A DNA stretch of 32,000 nt from an archaeon (GCA_024275415.1 JAJRZD010000042.1:30001-62000); one strand, 5' to 3'; positions 1 to 10,109 are shown, numbered from the stretch's first letter. Notes: a model not told the origin generated them from the letters alone. Program-made: numbers and translations.

Positions 1-2785
1 CAAAACTCAGCCCTATTGCATCCAAAACTTGCCCGAATACAGACTTGAGAGTGTCTATGTACTTGTCCTTGTCAATCCAGTATGATCGCTCCTTGGCAAG
101 TGAAACTGGGAGAACTCCATTATGATCCTTGGTCTTGATATATTCAATCAAAGACCCTGCATGGGGTTTCTCGCTAAGCATCCTAGCAGCACGGACATGC
201 TGCGGCTGAACATCCCCATAACTTTCGAGTTCCTTTGTCAGTTGCACTCGAAACGCCAACTCCTCGGGCGTGTACGGCTCTGCTTTCCCCTCAAGGCGGT
301 CGATGACTGTGTGAACAATCTTGCTGATTTCCTCACGTGCGGTTTCGAACCCTTCTGGACTGTCTACCTTCGCCAGAACGTCAAGCATCTCTCTGAAAGC
401 ATTCTGCACGAATAGAGGCGTATTGCGTTTCTTCCCGCTTAGTCCCTTGACCTCTACGTATCCAGACTTGTATACTCCAATGTAATTCTTCTTCCTTTCT
501 GAAAGAGCTACGTACTTGTAGGTCTTCTCCACCTCAAGGTCAATCCCAAGCTCGTCCCGTGACCACCGGACGAGCTCCTCTTGTTGTTCCTTCGAAGGAT
601 TATCGAGGAATACAGAGTCAGTATCACCATATATCACTTTGACTCCCATTTGCTCTGCTTTTTCTTTAGTGCGAAGGATTGCATTCCGGCCATATGCAGT
701 GACGCTCTCTGCCGCAGGCATACAGAATAATTCGAAGTGCTGTGCTCCTGTGACGCCGTAAGATGCGTTAACGAACACCTTTAGTGCTTTCTCCACGACC
801 ACATACCAATTGCGAGTCTGTTCATCAAGGGACTTGTCCTTGCTTTTCCCCTTGAACCAGTTCACCCGAGTGTCCCTGAAGAACCCGATTGTTTCGCTAA
901 TCATCCCCCTGTTCTTGATACATGTCCAGTGATTGGTTTCTGGAACGCGGTTGTGGGTAGCCTTCTTGCATTCGTCGTGGGGACAATCGACGGTTTCATA
1001 GCTGATATTATGTGTCTTCATAATCGTAGGGTATAGGCTTGCAAAGTCAAGTACGGTCGCATTGAAGTGGACTCCGGGCACAGGCTCGATGACGATGGCG
1101 CCCTTGAACGCCTTGTCTTTAATCATCGCCTCGGTCTGTGCAGAGCTTGATTTCAGCATCTGGATCTCATGTTGCTGAGGAATCAAGAAACCCCTTAAGC
1201 GGTGTTCCTGCCTGAACAGTGATTGTATCCAGCTAGATATTCCGAATCGGGTAACATCCTCCATGGACAATCGGGAGATACGCATCAGGAGAATGATCAA
1301 TCTCAGTAGCAGATTCTCATTATACTGAGTGATGCGCAGAGTGATTCGAGCATCCAGCCAACAATAATGTGCTAGCTCATAGTAAGGTAGATTATTGATG
1401 TTATCACTCAGACCCAGCTTCCCGATTCCCAGAAGACCTTGCCCGATGGACTCAAGACTGCTCCGCTCGTATGCACCGGATAACGCATATAGTCGGATTG
1501 ACGGGTTCTTGAGGAACCTGTACAGGTCGATGTGTATCCCGCCTTTCATCAGCGCGGTGTCTTGGTTATAGGACATACGAATCGGGCATTCATTATCCAT
1601 ACGTATGCCCAGGTTCTTCGCACGGTTGTAGAGGTATTTCAAATCGAAAGTGTCACCGACAAAGGTCAGAACAAGGGGGTACTTGTCAATCATTCGAAAG
1701 GCTTGGGTAATCATCTCCTTCTCATCATGGAAGAAGACAATTTCAAGCTCTTCGGGATAATCGGGCGTCTTCTCGCCCTTCGGGTGTCCATCACGACGTA
1801 AGACATAACACATGTTTAGACTCTCATTGTCAGAGAGACCAATTGCAGTAACAGGATGTTCTGCCTTAGCGGAATCGGGGATGCGATTCTTTTGGGGAGA
1901 ATACACCTCGATATCGATGGCAATCCTTCTGATATCAGGGACTTCAGTGAAGAACATCGGTGCGTATTGATTGATTATCCGTTCAAGCCCCGTAGGATCA
2001 CCCAATGACTTCTTGAACGCTTCTAAGATTTCCAAGTCAACCTTCGGTTCGCAACGTACTAGATTCCCTTTCTCGATTCGGTATGGCAGCCCTAGAACCA
2101 AGTCATGGTCATAAGTGTAGCAGTTGCGATAACGGATATTGGCCTCCCATGCATGACTGATGGTTGTCAGGTCTGGGGTACGTTCAACCAGTACCTCTCT
2201 GATCGAGTCATTCCGTCCACCAATAGCGAGTGGATCATCAGCAATCACCTTGGTCATCCGCCGAGTTTCATCCCGTAGAAGGTCTTTGAGTTCAACAGTT
2301 TTGGTTCCGATGAAGCCAGGTTTGTTACCGACTTTACTTTGGACAACCTGTGGTGGAAAATCAGTGTAGCAAAAGGGTTTGTGCCCAGTGTTATCGTACC
2401 AAAAATACAGCTTCTTTGTTTCGGGGTTGTACAGTCTAGCAATCGCCTTCTTGATATCGCCCCCAACATAATCCACTGATAGTAGATAGGATGGGCCTAA
2501 ACTATCAGGAGTTTCACGATACCCAGCGAGATTGTGTACAGTTTCGCCATCATAGACAGAATCGATGATATCCTCTAAGGTGTCATAATCGACATCATCT
2601 TCTGTATCGGTGGGCTCCGGGCTCTTAGAGATTTGAGGGGAGCTTTGAGATGATGACTGGTGTGATACTTTTTTGGGCTGTGCCGCAGGATCGTCTGGGA
2701 GTGACGCTTTCCTACTGCCACCGCCAAAGAAATCCTCCAAACGGGATTGGCTGCTTTCTTCTTTCTCATCCTTCAACGGTTCCAC
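1..2785 (-). CDS. polB1: Family B DNA polymerase, PolB1-type; 3' end lies beyond the window
   Basis: Hand translation of a minus-strand frame missing from the ORF track (no stop inside the window). N-terminal YLLSVDY...WYDNTGHKPFCY; exonuclease AIDIEVY, FVGDTFDLKY, HYCWLDAR; polymerase motifs DFASLYPT, ALKVFVNASYG, YGDTDSVF; C-terminal QPQHVRAARML. First in-frame start after an upstream TGA is GTG 2785 (TTG 2776 is an alternative). Confidence 0.95.
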   Translation of the reverse strand, partial: MEPLKDEKEESSQSRLEDFFGGGSRKASLPDDPAAQPKKVSHQSSSQSSPQISKSPEPTDTEDDVDYDTLEDIIDSVYDGETVHNLAGYRETPDSLGPSYLLSVDYVGGDIKKAIARLYNPETKKLYFWYDNTGHKPFCYTDFPPQVVQSKVGNKPGFIGTKTVELKDLLRDETRRMTKVIADDPLAIGGRNDSIREVLVERTPDLTTISHAWEANIRYRNCYTYDHDLVLGLPYRIEKGNLVRCEPKVDLEILEAFKKSLGDPTGLERIINQYAPMFFTEVPDIRRIAIDIEVYSPQKNRIPDSAKAEHPVTAIGLSDNESLNMCYVLRRDGHPKGEKTPDYPEELEIVFFHDEKEMITQAFRMIDKYPLVLTFVGDTFDLKYLYNRAKNLGIRMDNECPIRMSYNQDTALMKGGIHIDLYRFLKNPSIRLYALSGAYERSSLESIGQGLLGIGKLGLSDNINNLPYYELAHYCWLDARITLRITQYNENLLLRLIILLMRISRLSMEDVTRFGISSWIQSLFRQEHRLRGFLIPQQHEIQMLKSSSAQTEAMIKDKAFKGAIVIEPVPGVHFNATVLDFASLYPTIMKTHNISYETVDCPHDECKKATHNRVPETNHWTCIKNRGMISETIGFFRDTRVNWFKGKSKDKSLDEQTRNWYVVVEKALKVFVNASYGVTGAQHFELFCMPAAESVTAYGRNAILRTKEKAEQMGVKVIYGDTDSVFLDNPSKEQQEELVRWSRDELGIDLEVEKTYKYVALSERKKNYIGVYKSGYVEVKGLSGKKRNTPLFVQNAFREMLDVLAKVDSPEGFETAREEISKIVHTVIDRLEGKAEPYTPEELAFRVQLTKELESYGDVQPQHVRAARMLSEKPHAGSLIEYIKTKDHNGVLPVSLAKERSYWIDKDKYIDTLKSVFGQVLDAIGLSF

Positions 2786-2918
2786 TCAAAGTTATTGGCT
2801 AGTTTCTCTTGATAAGCACTTCCCATAACAAGCAAGTGGAACCGGGCTGAGTTGTGTTATTTAGTAATCATTGTGACATAGGAAAATTGTTCATTAGTCA
2901 CGGCGTCATAGGAAAAAT

Positions 2919-3356
2919 ATGACAACACTACAAAAGACCAGTATTACCCACACACTGGTGGTTCGACTATCTTCAGGGGAGGATATCTTGGAGTCGCTAG
3001 AGAAGATTGTGCTGGAACATGACATCAAAGGAGGGCAACTCTCGTTGATTGGTGCCATCAGTAGTGCAACACTTGGTTACTTTGACATGGAGTCGAAAGA
3101 GTACAAGAGCGTCACATTAGATGAGAATCTCGAGGTGACAAGCTGCATTGGCAACATATCCCGACTCGAGGATGGAACGCCAGTAGTCCACGCACATATG
3201 GTGGTGTCCAATGAATATGGAAGCTCTTTCAGCGGACATCTGATGAAGGGGTGCAAAGTGTCAGCCACTATCGAGGTCATATTGCATGTGTTCGAGGGGC
3301 AACTCACTAGAGCAAAAGACGGTGCTACCGGACTGAATCTGCTCAAGCTTCAGTAG
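2919..3356 (+). CDS. PPC/DUF296 domain protein
   Basis: RLSSGEDILESL, IGAIS, HAHMVVS and GHL motifs; 145 aa. Confidence 0.88.
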   Translation: MTTLQKTSITHTLVVRLSSGEDILESLEKIVLEHDIKGGQLSLIGAISSATLGYFDMESKEYKSVTLDENLEVTSCIGNISRLEDGTPVVHAHMVVSNEYGSSFSGHLMKGCKVSATIEVILHVFEGQLTRAKDGATGLNLLKLQ

Positions 3357-3777
3357 CATTCCTGATGAGCCCAGCCACTCGCTCAAGTTCCTCCCGAGGT
3401 GCCATCGAATCACGATATCCTTCAGGGTACCGGAATCCGAAGTCGTCATTAGGGCGTCGAGGGATCACATGGAAATGTAAGTGAGGAACCTCCTGACCCG
3501 CGTATTCACCATTTGCGACTGCGTTCAGTATCCCCACGTCATTGTATGCTGCTGAAACTTTCCTGTCAAGAAGAGACAGCTTTGTGATAAGATGCTGGAG
3601 CACAGCCTCGTCAGCGTCAAGCAAATTTGTGAAATGTTCCTTTGGGATGAGCAGGCAGTGTCCTTCGGATATCGGGAAGATGTCCATGAACGCCATGCAA
3701 ATATCATCCTGAAAGATAATAGTAGATGGAATCTCGCCTTTCACGATTTTACAGAAGATACACTCATCGCCAGTCAT
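3343..3777 (-). CDS. hit: HIT family nucleotide hydrolase
   Basis: CIFCKIVKGEIP N-terminus, AFMDIFP, GH.LLIPK.H, intact triad HLHFH preceded by AGQEV. Confidence 0.95.
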   Translation of the reverse strand: MTGDECIFCKIVKGEIPSTIIFQDDICMAFMDIFPISEGHCLLIPKEHFTNLLDADEAVLQHLITKLSLLDRKVSAAYNDVGILNAVANGEYAGQEVPHLHFHVIPRRPNDDFGFRYPEGYRDSMAPREELERVAGLIRNATEA

Positions 3778-3887
3778 GGAGATAGGATGGGTGATGCGTG
3801 AGATAAATTATTCGAAAGATTCCAATAGGCATCCCAGCAAGCCTCATTAGTCATTCCCACAAAGTAAGAAGCATTCAGGTTCAGAAG

Positions 3888-5069
3888 GTGTCATGTGTGA
3901 GCGACCGCATAAAACTTGTCTACTTCGATCAAACACAAAATGAGAGAGGTCGCCTAGATTCAACCTATTCAGAACTAGGTAGATTGCTTAAAGACAATGA
4001 CTACGATGTGCAGCCATATACTGAATTCATGATTCTGCCAAAGAACCTTGAGAGTTGTGATGTGATCGTATTTGGTTGTCCAAACAGCTCGAAACTGCGA
4101 CAGGCCGAGATAGATACACTCAAGAAGTACGTTAAGAAGGGTGGCGGCTTGTTCCTTCTGTCACTTTCGGGTGGGGATAGAGGACTGATGAACAACATGA
4201 GCAAGGTGTCAGAGATATTTGGCATCACCTTCGAGAACACCGCGGTCAAGGATGAGCGAAACAACGCGGGACTTCCAACTATGCCTGTGATCAACATCCT
4301 GACAGATCACCCTACCACGAGAGGAGTGAACGATATTCTGCTGCCTTCCGCATGTGCCCTCAAGGTCACAGACAAAGCGATAGTAATCGCAAAGACCTCA
4401 GATACTGCAGAACCACCCAGCCAGCCAGTGATAGCGGCTGCCGAATTTGGAAAAGGCAGGGTCGTATGTGTGGGAACCTATGAGATATTTCGCCGAGGAG
4501 GAGGATTAAACCATCCTGGAAATACCCAGTTCGCAGTCAATGCATTCAGATGGCTCAGTAAAGGTAGTTTGGAACCTGTAAAGGAGAAAGAAACAGTACC
4601 TGACAAGGGGGAGAAGAAAGTGAAAGCAGCAGACGAGTCCTTTGCTTCCAAGGAAATGGAACAGACCATGAGAAGACTTGTGAATGCAGTATTTGACCTA
4701 CAGAAGGACATTGGGAAGCTTACTGAGAAGGTTTCACATGTGGAAACCAACATAGAACTCCTCAGAGATCAGTTTCAGGACTTCGCAGAGAAGACACAAG
4801 AACAGCTCGGGGTGATGATTCCAGCAAGGCAGTTCAAGAGCGAGGACGAGAACAGGAAGGAAACACTGGAAGCCGACATCAAGTCCCTTGATGCCGAACT
4901 CCGTTCAGTGAAGCAACTGTTAGAGCACATCGAGCAGCGGCATTCTTCGGGAGCGATGCCAAGAGAAGCCTTTGATGAGCAATCCAAGAAGCTGACAGAG
5001 AGGATAGAGAACCTCAGCAAGAAATTGGAAAAGAAAAAGGAAGAAATAGAATCCCTTTCGGCCGAATAG
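3888..5069 (+). CDS. Soluble GIFT (GldG/IFT52; DUF4350-like) domain protein with C-terminal coiled coil
   Basis: Residues ~8-225 show the GIFT pattern (YFDQTQNE, AEIDTLKKYVKKGGGL, HPTTRGV, GKGRVVCVG, N.QF..NAFRWL); residues ~255-393 are heptad-rich. No signal peptide or TM helix. True start probably GTG 3897, after AGGTG. Confidence 0.75.
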   Translation: MSCVSDRIKLVYFDQTQNERGRLDSTYSELGRLLKDNDYDVQPYTEFMILPKNLESCDVIVFGCPNSSKLRQAEIDTLKKYVKKGGGLFLLSLSGGDRGLMNNMSKVSEIFGITFENTAVKDERNNAGLPTMPVINILTDHPTTRGVNDILLPSACALKVTDKAIVIAKTSDTAEPPSQPVIAAAEFGKGRVVCVGTYEIFRRGGGLNHPGNTQFAVNAFRWLSKGSLEPVKEKETVPDKGEKKVKAADESFASKEMEQTMRRLVNAVFDLQKDIGKLTEKVSHVETNIELLRDQFQDFAEKTQEQLGVMIPARQFKSEDENRKETLEADIKSLDAELRSVKQLLEHIEQRHSSGAMPREAFDEQSKKLTERIENLSKKLEKKKEEIESLSAE

Positions 5070-5097
5070 AATCATTACCTATACGGATGTTCTCATA

Positions 5098-6657
5098 TTA
5101 TGAGCCATTTGAGAGTGATAATCGTTCATAAAGCGAATCCTTCATAGGTCGTAGTTTGTTCGTTACGGGCTCAAACCGCTGTCTAACACGTTTCAGACAC
5201 CATCTATACGGTGTGGTAATGACTCTCCAGCAGATCCCAATTTGTTCGACCAGTAAATAGGAAAGGAAAATCAGTAGAACAGAGAACAGATAGACTGTCC
5301 TAGATGGGAGAATGATTGCAAAGGACAGAAGAAATGGGATGATTAGCATGGTGAATGAGAACTGTACATTATCATCCTTGCTTTGTACCATCTTTGCCGA
5401 GGAGAAGATGGAAAAGAAGGGAGCAAAAAGGACAAAGTAGTATTTGTACACACCCCGTGGGCCCATGAGATGTACCCACAGCATGAGAAGCATCGCCAGA
5501 AATAATATCCGCCTCAAATAGGATTTGGGATGTTCCTTCGGTCTTCGTTCGAGGAGCATGATGCCAAAGAGAAGCATGACACCAAAAGTAAGCATAAATC
5601 CATAGTAGATAATCGTATCTAGGAACTGGGCCAACTCGGGCATTCCTGCCGCGACAGCAAGGATCTGAAACCGCATCGGGCTTCCATACGACGGCAGGTC
5701 GGTATAGGATTCTAATGCGAATCCTCCTGCTGCAAGGAGTAGATTGTTCGTGAACCATGGAGTGGCAATGATATAGGGAAGGAAAACGGCAATGACAAAA
5801 GACACCACAAAGATGGTGCTTTTCAAGAAACCTTTCAGATCGAAATAACCGAGGAGAAACTCTGTCGCCCCCTTTTTATCGCTGGTAGAGTCGTTCTCAT
5901 CAGCGGATTTGTCCATCGGTTCCTGCGAGGGCTGAGGCCGGACGAGGAGATAAGCGATGAGCGGTAGTCCGAGAAACCATGCGGTTTGCTTGAAGAGTGC
6001 GGCGCATACAATCAAGATGGTGCCGGTATATTTCCGATTCTTGAGGAGCATGTAGAATCCTAGAAAGAAGAAAAAGACAAACGGTGCTGGATTCATCCAT
6101 GCAAACAATGTGTAGTATAATGTCAACGGGTTGAATAGATAAGTAACGGCCGCCGCCTCGCCAACTCGCGGATTGTTCGACAGATCTTTTGCGATACCGT
6201 ATACGGGGAACACAGTAAGGTATCCGAATATGGCGATAAGCAGACCTATCCCCCAATGATCGACAGGAAGGGCAATCCCAGCAGCGTAGAGATATGCGTA
6301 GAATGGGGGAAACATATAGGCACCATTCTCATTGGTGTACCCATTTAAAACAAGATAACCAAAGTCAGGATCATATGGCAGGACTCCACGTAGCATATTC
6401 GTGCCCCAGTGGACGTAGTAGAAGCTATAATCGGTATAGCCTTCGAACTGGAAAGTCACCGTTGCCCCGAAGAGATTTATCGAATCATTACCAAGCCAGA
6501 CACCCCGAGCGCGCCATAGTTCGGTTTCAAGATAATCCTCGACAGCAATGCCGAAAATGAGCATCCATACCTGAAGGGCAATCACAAGTATCAATATGAA
6601 AGGTACGTAGCCAGTGACGAACTTGATAATCCTACGTACCCAGGTATCTCTGCTCAT
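5098..6657 (-). CDS. GT-C fold polytopic membrane glycosyltransferase (GT87/PIG-M-like)
   Basis: More than 10 hydrophobic segments; first-loop acidic motif EGYTDY, YMFPPF, YLFNPL and FKQ motifs. Confidence 0.7.
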   Translation of the reverse strand: MSRDTWVRRIIKFVTGYVPFILILVIALQVWMLIFGIAVEDYLETELWRARGVWLGNDSINLFGATVTFQFEGYTDYSFYYVHWGTNMLRGVLPYDPDFGYLVLNGYTNENGAYMFPPFYAYLYAAGIALPVDHWGIGLLIAIFGYLTVFPVYGIAKDLSNNPRVGEAAAVTYLFNPLTLYYTLFAWMNPAPFVFFFFLGFYMLLKNRKYTGTILIVCAALFKQTAWFLGLPLIAYLLVRPQPSQEPMDKSADENDSTSDKKGATEFLLGYFDLKGFLKSTIFVVSFVIAVFLPYIIATPWFTNNLLLAAGGFALESYTDLPSYGSPMRFQILAVAAGMPELAQFLDTIIYYGFMLTFGVMLLFGIMLLERRPKEHPKSYLRRILFLAMLLMLWVHLMGPRGVYKYYFVLFAPFFSIFSSAKMVQSKDDNVQFSFTMLIIPFLLSFAIILPSRTVYLFSVLLIFLSYLLVEQIGICWRVITTPYRWCLKRVRQRFEPVTNKLRPMKDSLYERLSLSNGS

Positions 6658-6706
6658 GGGAATCCCTACGGCGCAAACCTCTCATTAATCCTTTCCTTTT
6701 TCGAGT

Positions 6707-8791
6707 CTACTCGTCTGAGTCCCTCATCAGTACAGCAACACTAGAGATCCCGGTCTTGCTCACATCAACGACAGGGACTCCTTGCCATGACTGTACATCG
6801 GTATGGGTGATGAGAAAGATTTGTTTGAATGATTGGTCATTGAGAAGGTTCTGAACAACGGCAGTCCTTCGTTGTTTATCGAGACCTCCCAAAGGCTCGT
6901 CGAGAAGTACACATTTGACGCGGGGGGATATTGCGGGACTCTCTTTCAAAGGACGCATCGCACTCATTGTCCTGCTGATGCCAAGTCGTAGAGCAAGGCT
7001 TACAGCGGTTCGATCACCGTAGCTGAGCTGTGAGGACTTCTTGTCTGCATTGTCGCGCATATCCCGAATTTTCAATAGAAGACCCGCACCACCGCGGCCA
7101 GTAGCCTTTGTAGGTATGAGGTCAATCCCTGAATACTGGTCATTAGTGAATGCACGCACATAGGGATTTGTTGCACCTCGAACGATTCCGATAAGCCTTT
7201 TTTGAATGACATAGTCTGCAAGGAACCCGCTGACCAGTTTCCGCCGCACATATTGGGTGTGTTCGACGAGTGACTTGAGATTGTCAAGCTCGGCACCGAT
7301 ACGCTTCATAGCGACTACATCGGCATCCAGCTGTTTCATCTGCTTTTCTTCGGTGGCAATCGTCTGCTCAATAGAAGCATACTCGGTTCTCAACCCTTTC
7401 AAGTCGCCCATCAACCTTGTTATCTTCAGATGCAATTCATTGATGCTTTTTGATCCATGCTTCTGTAACAAGGAAGAGATTTCGTCAAGCCCACTCTTTG
7501 CAAGTGCAGATTTCATTTCTTCTTTAGCAGTCTGGATTTGATTCTCTATCTTTTCGAGTTCCTGTTGTAGACCAAGTACTCGTTCGGCGGTATTCACGAG
7601 CTTTTCGATTTCTGATTTCTTGTCAGTTGCCTCACGGGATGCCTCGATGAGTTTGTGCCTATCGTTCTTCAATGATTCAGCTGTTTCTACAGATGAGGTG
7701 ATTTTCTGGGTATATTCTTTGATTAACTTGGTACGTTCTTCATTTGTGATTGGTTTTGAACAGGTGGGACATTTTGCATCGTCTACACTGGCCTTCAACG
7801 TGTCCATTGCTTTCTGCAACCGTCTACTTTCGCCTATAAGATTCCCAACTTCAAAATCAATTGCAGATATTTTCTCCTTCAGTCCTTCAATGGTTTCGTC
7901 CAAGCGTTTAGATTGTTTCTTGAGAGAAGTGATTCTCGCAAGGATGAGCTTCTCTTCTGCAACAAGCAGCCCATCATCCTTGCTTAACTCGCGATCTCTC
8001 ATTTCGACTGTACGTTCTAAAACAGAATGCAGCCTGTCAACCTCGTTCTGGAGAGTGCTTAGATTTTCTAGCAAACTTGGGTCAGGGAACTCACTCAGAG
8101 CAGATTCGAGCTTTTTGACCTCGGCATCCTTCCTACCCAACTTGGTCTGATAATCATTGATACGTTTCTCAGTCTTTCGAATCTGTTCTTTGATATAATC
8201 GGGATTCGTGTAGTCCTCTTCCAATGCATTGTATCGATTATTGAGGTCTGTTTCAAGATGTTTTAGTTGATTCTCCATGTCCTCAAGCAAGGCAAGATTA
8301 TAGACATCCACAAGCATGTCACGCAAGACTGACGCTGTAGCATTGGCGATGAGCGCAACCTCGCCTTGACGAACAAGAAGCGTATGCAGTGCCTGATTGG
8401 AATCAATGTTCAAAATGGATTCCATTGCCCTTTCGACACTTCGAGTCTTGTCTGCAATACGTCTCCATGCAGATTTGGATTTCATATACAGGATGACTTT
8501 CATCCCAGAAGCAGAGTCGTACGATCTTTCAATCTTGTATCTATGGCCCATCACTTCGAATATCAGTATCACTTTGCAGAACGAAGAGGAGAAGCTTACT
8601 AACTCGTCATTCGTGGGCTTCACGCTGCTAGGACCCCACAACGCCCAAAGGATTGCTTCAAACAACGAGGACTTGCCTGTAGAATTGGGCCCTTTGATGA
8701 GGATGAGCCCATCAGGCAATTCTCCGTCTTCAGGAAGGGACAGATTCTTGAATGGTTTGAAATTCTGGATTTTGACAGACACTATCTTCAA
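6707..8791 (-). CDS. rad50: Rad50/SbcC ATPase
   Basis: Walker A GPNSTGKSS, Q-loop VRQGE, central Zn hook CPTC between coiled coils, signature LSYGD, Walker B LLDEP, D-loop GGLD, H-loop ITH. TTG start overlaps the mre11 stop (TTGA). Confidence 0.95.
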   Translation of the reverse strand: MKIVSVKIQNFKPFKNLSLPEDGELPDGLILIKGPNSTGKSSLFEAILWALWGPSSVKPTNDELVSFSSSFCKVILIFEVMGHRYKIERSYDSASGMKVILYMKSKSAWRRIADKTRSVERAMESILNIDSNQALHTLLVRQGEVALIANATASVLRDMLVDVYNLALLEDMENQLKHLETDLNNRYNALEEDYTNPDYIKEQIRKTEKRINDYQTKLGRKDAEVKKLESALSEFPDPSLLENLSTLQNEVDRLHSVLERTVEMRDRELSKDDGLLVAEEKLILARITSLKKQSKRLDETIEGLKEKISAIDFEVGNLIGESRRLQKAMDTLKASVDDAKCPTCSKPITNEERTKLIKEYTQKITSSVETAESLKNDRHKLIEASREATDKKSEIEKLVNTAERVLGLQQELEKIENQIQTAKEEMKSALAKSGLDEISSLLQKHGSKSINELHLKITRLMGDLKGLRTEYASIEQTIATEEKQMKQLDADVVAMKRIGAELDNLKSLVEHTQYVRRKLVSGFLADYVIQKRLIGIVRGATNPYVRAFTNDQYSGIDLIPTKATGRGGAGLLLKIRDMRDNADKKSSQLSYGDRTAVSLALRLGISRTMSAMRPLKESPAISPRVKCVLLDEPLGGLDKQRRTAVVQNLLNDQSFKQIFLITHTDVQSWQGVPVVDVSKTGISSVAVLMRDSDE

Positions 8792-10098
8792 TCTGAACCC
8801 TCCTCTGTTATTGTTTCCAGTGTCATTTTCTCGTCATCCTGAGTGACTGACTTTTTGAGCGCGCTCACAGCAATCTTGGTCAGCAGAGCAGGGTCATATC
8901 GGTCATCAATCTTTACAGTTTCGAGATACGCGAGGAAATCTTGCTCTGGATCCTCAATCAAGTATTCAGACTCAATCTCAGGATAAGAAGCAGCATCACC
9001 CTCCAGTGTGGGTGTCCGAACAGTCCATTTCATCTGCGCGATGTTGTACCCGGACTCGTTCGCAAGCACACGCATCCGAAGGGACTCCAAAGAAACATTG
9101 AGGTCTACTAGGTTGACCTTCGATGACGAGCCCTCGAACACCAATCGAACCCTTGCAGCCGTGGCCGAATCCCATCCGGCCTTAATGCCGTTCGCCTCGA
9201 AGAATGCCTCTACCTTCTCGAGAACCGAGTCCACTGTATCATCAGATTCGATAGATATCTTGTCGTTATACACAGGACGAGTGAAATCTAGATGATGCGG
9301 TTTGATAGAAACCGAATGGTTGTCGGTGATATCCACAACCAGAAATCCTTTCTCATGCCGAGTTTCATCAAAGCGCCAACGTTCAGGAGAGCCTGCATAC
9401 CAAGCATTCTTCGCATGCTTGTGCTGATGATGGTCATGACCCAATGCAAAGTAGTCATATTGCAGACTGAACATTGCATCAGGGAGGGTCTCATCAAGGG
9501 TCATCCCATGTGCGACAGCAACAGATATCCTCTTTGGGTCGGGTTTCTGGCAGGTCATGATCCAGTCATGGTATTCTTCCAGAAGATTAGAAGATTCGAG
9601 GACATGCTTGTCTATGAAGGGGTAACAGAACACATCAAGACTCTCAAAGGTACGTACGACAGGCTTTTCGCTAACTATTGCCCTCTTTAGTTCCTGTTGC
9701 GTAACAACATGAAGACCAGGTACAGCCATCTGAAGTCCGTCCAACAGGGAAACGTCCCAGTTGCGATATAGGCCGTGATTCCCCTCGATAATTAGAACTG
9801 GGATTCCTGTGGACTCGATAAAATCCTTTAGGACAGAGATAGCTACTTCTTGGGATACAACAGGGGGTTGAAGTGGATTGCCCTCCCAAGGCGAATTGTA
9901 AAGGTCTCCAGAATGGATGACAATGTCGACTCTTGGCTCAAGTTGTGATATGATCTTGAACAGCTCGGCAAAACGCTCATAGAAGTCGTTCTCAAGCAGC
10001 TGGGTTCTCATCTCAATGCCCCACACATTCTGCCTGATGCCATCTCTGGGTCTGGTTCCAAGATGAGTATCCGAGATATGAGCGATTCGTACTTGCAT
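8788..10098 (-). CDS. mre11: Mre11/SbcD nuclease
   Basis: Phosphoesterase motifs HISDTHLG, HSGDLY, EGNH, AHG, LGHDH, YAGSPE; directly upstream of rad50. Confidence 0.95.
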   Translation of the reverse strand: MQVRIAHISDTHLGTRPRDGIRQNVWGIEMRTQLLENDFYERFAELFKIISQLEPRVDIVIHSGDLYNSPWEGNPLQPPVVSQEVAISVLKDFIESTGIPVLIIEGNHGLYRNWDVSLLDGLQMAVPGLHVVTQQELKRAIVSEKPVVRTFESLDVFCYPFIDKHVLESSNLLEEYHDWIMTCQKPDPKRISVAVAHGMTLDETLPDAMFSLQYDYFALGHDHHQHKHAKNAWYAGSPERWRFDETRHEKGFLVVDITDNHSVSIKPHHLDFTRPVYNDKISIESDDTVDSVLEKVEAFFEANGIKAGWDSATAARVRLVFEGSSSKVNLVDLNVSLESLRMRVLANESGYNIAQMKWTVRTPTLEGDAASYPEIESEYLIEDPEQDFLAYLETVKIDDRYDPALLTKIAVSALKKSVTQDDEKMTLETITEEGSD

Positions 10099-10109
10099 TC
10101 AAACTGACC

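Noticed and set aside
2254-2769. Minus-strand ORFs 2254-2469 and 2575-2769 as separate genes or evidence of a polB frameshift
   Set aside because: They are alternative frames. The polymerase reads in a third frame that I found in phase at both ends and at the catalytic motifs.
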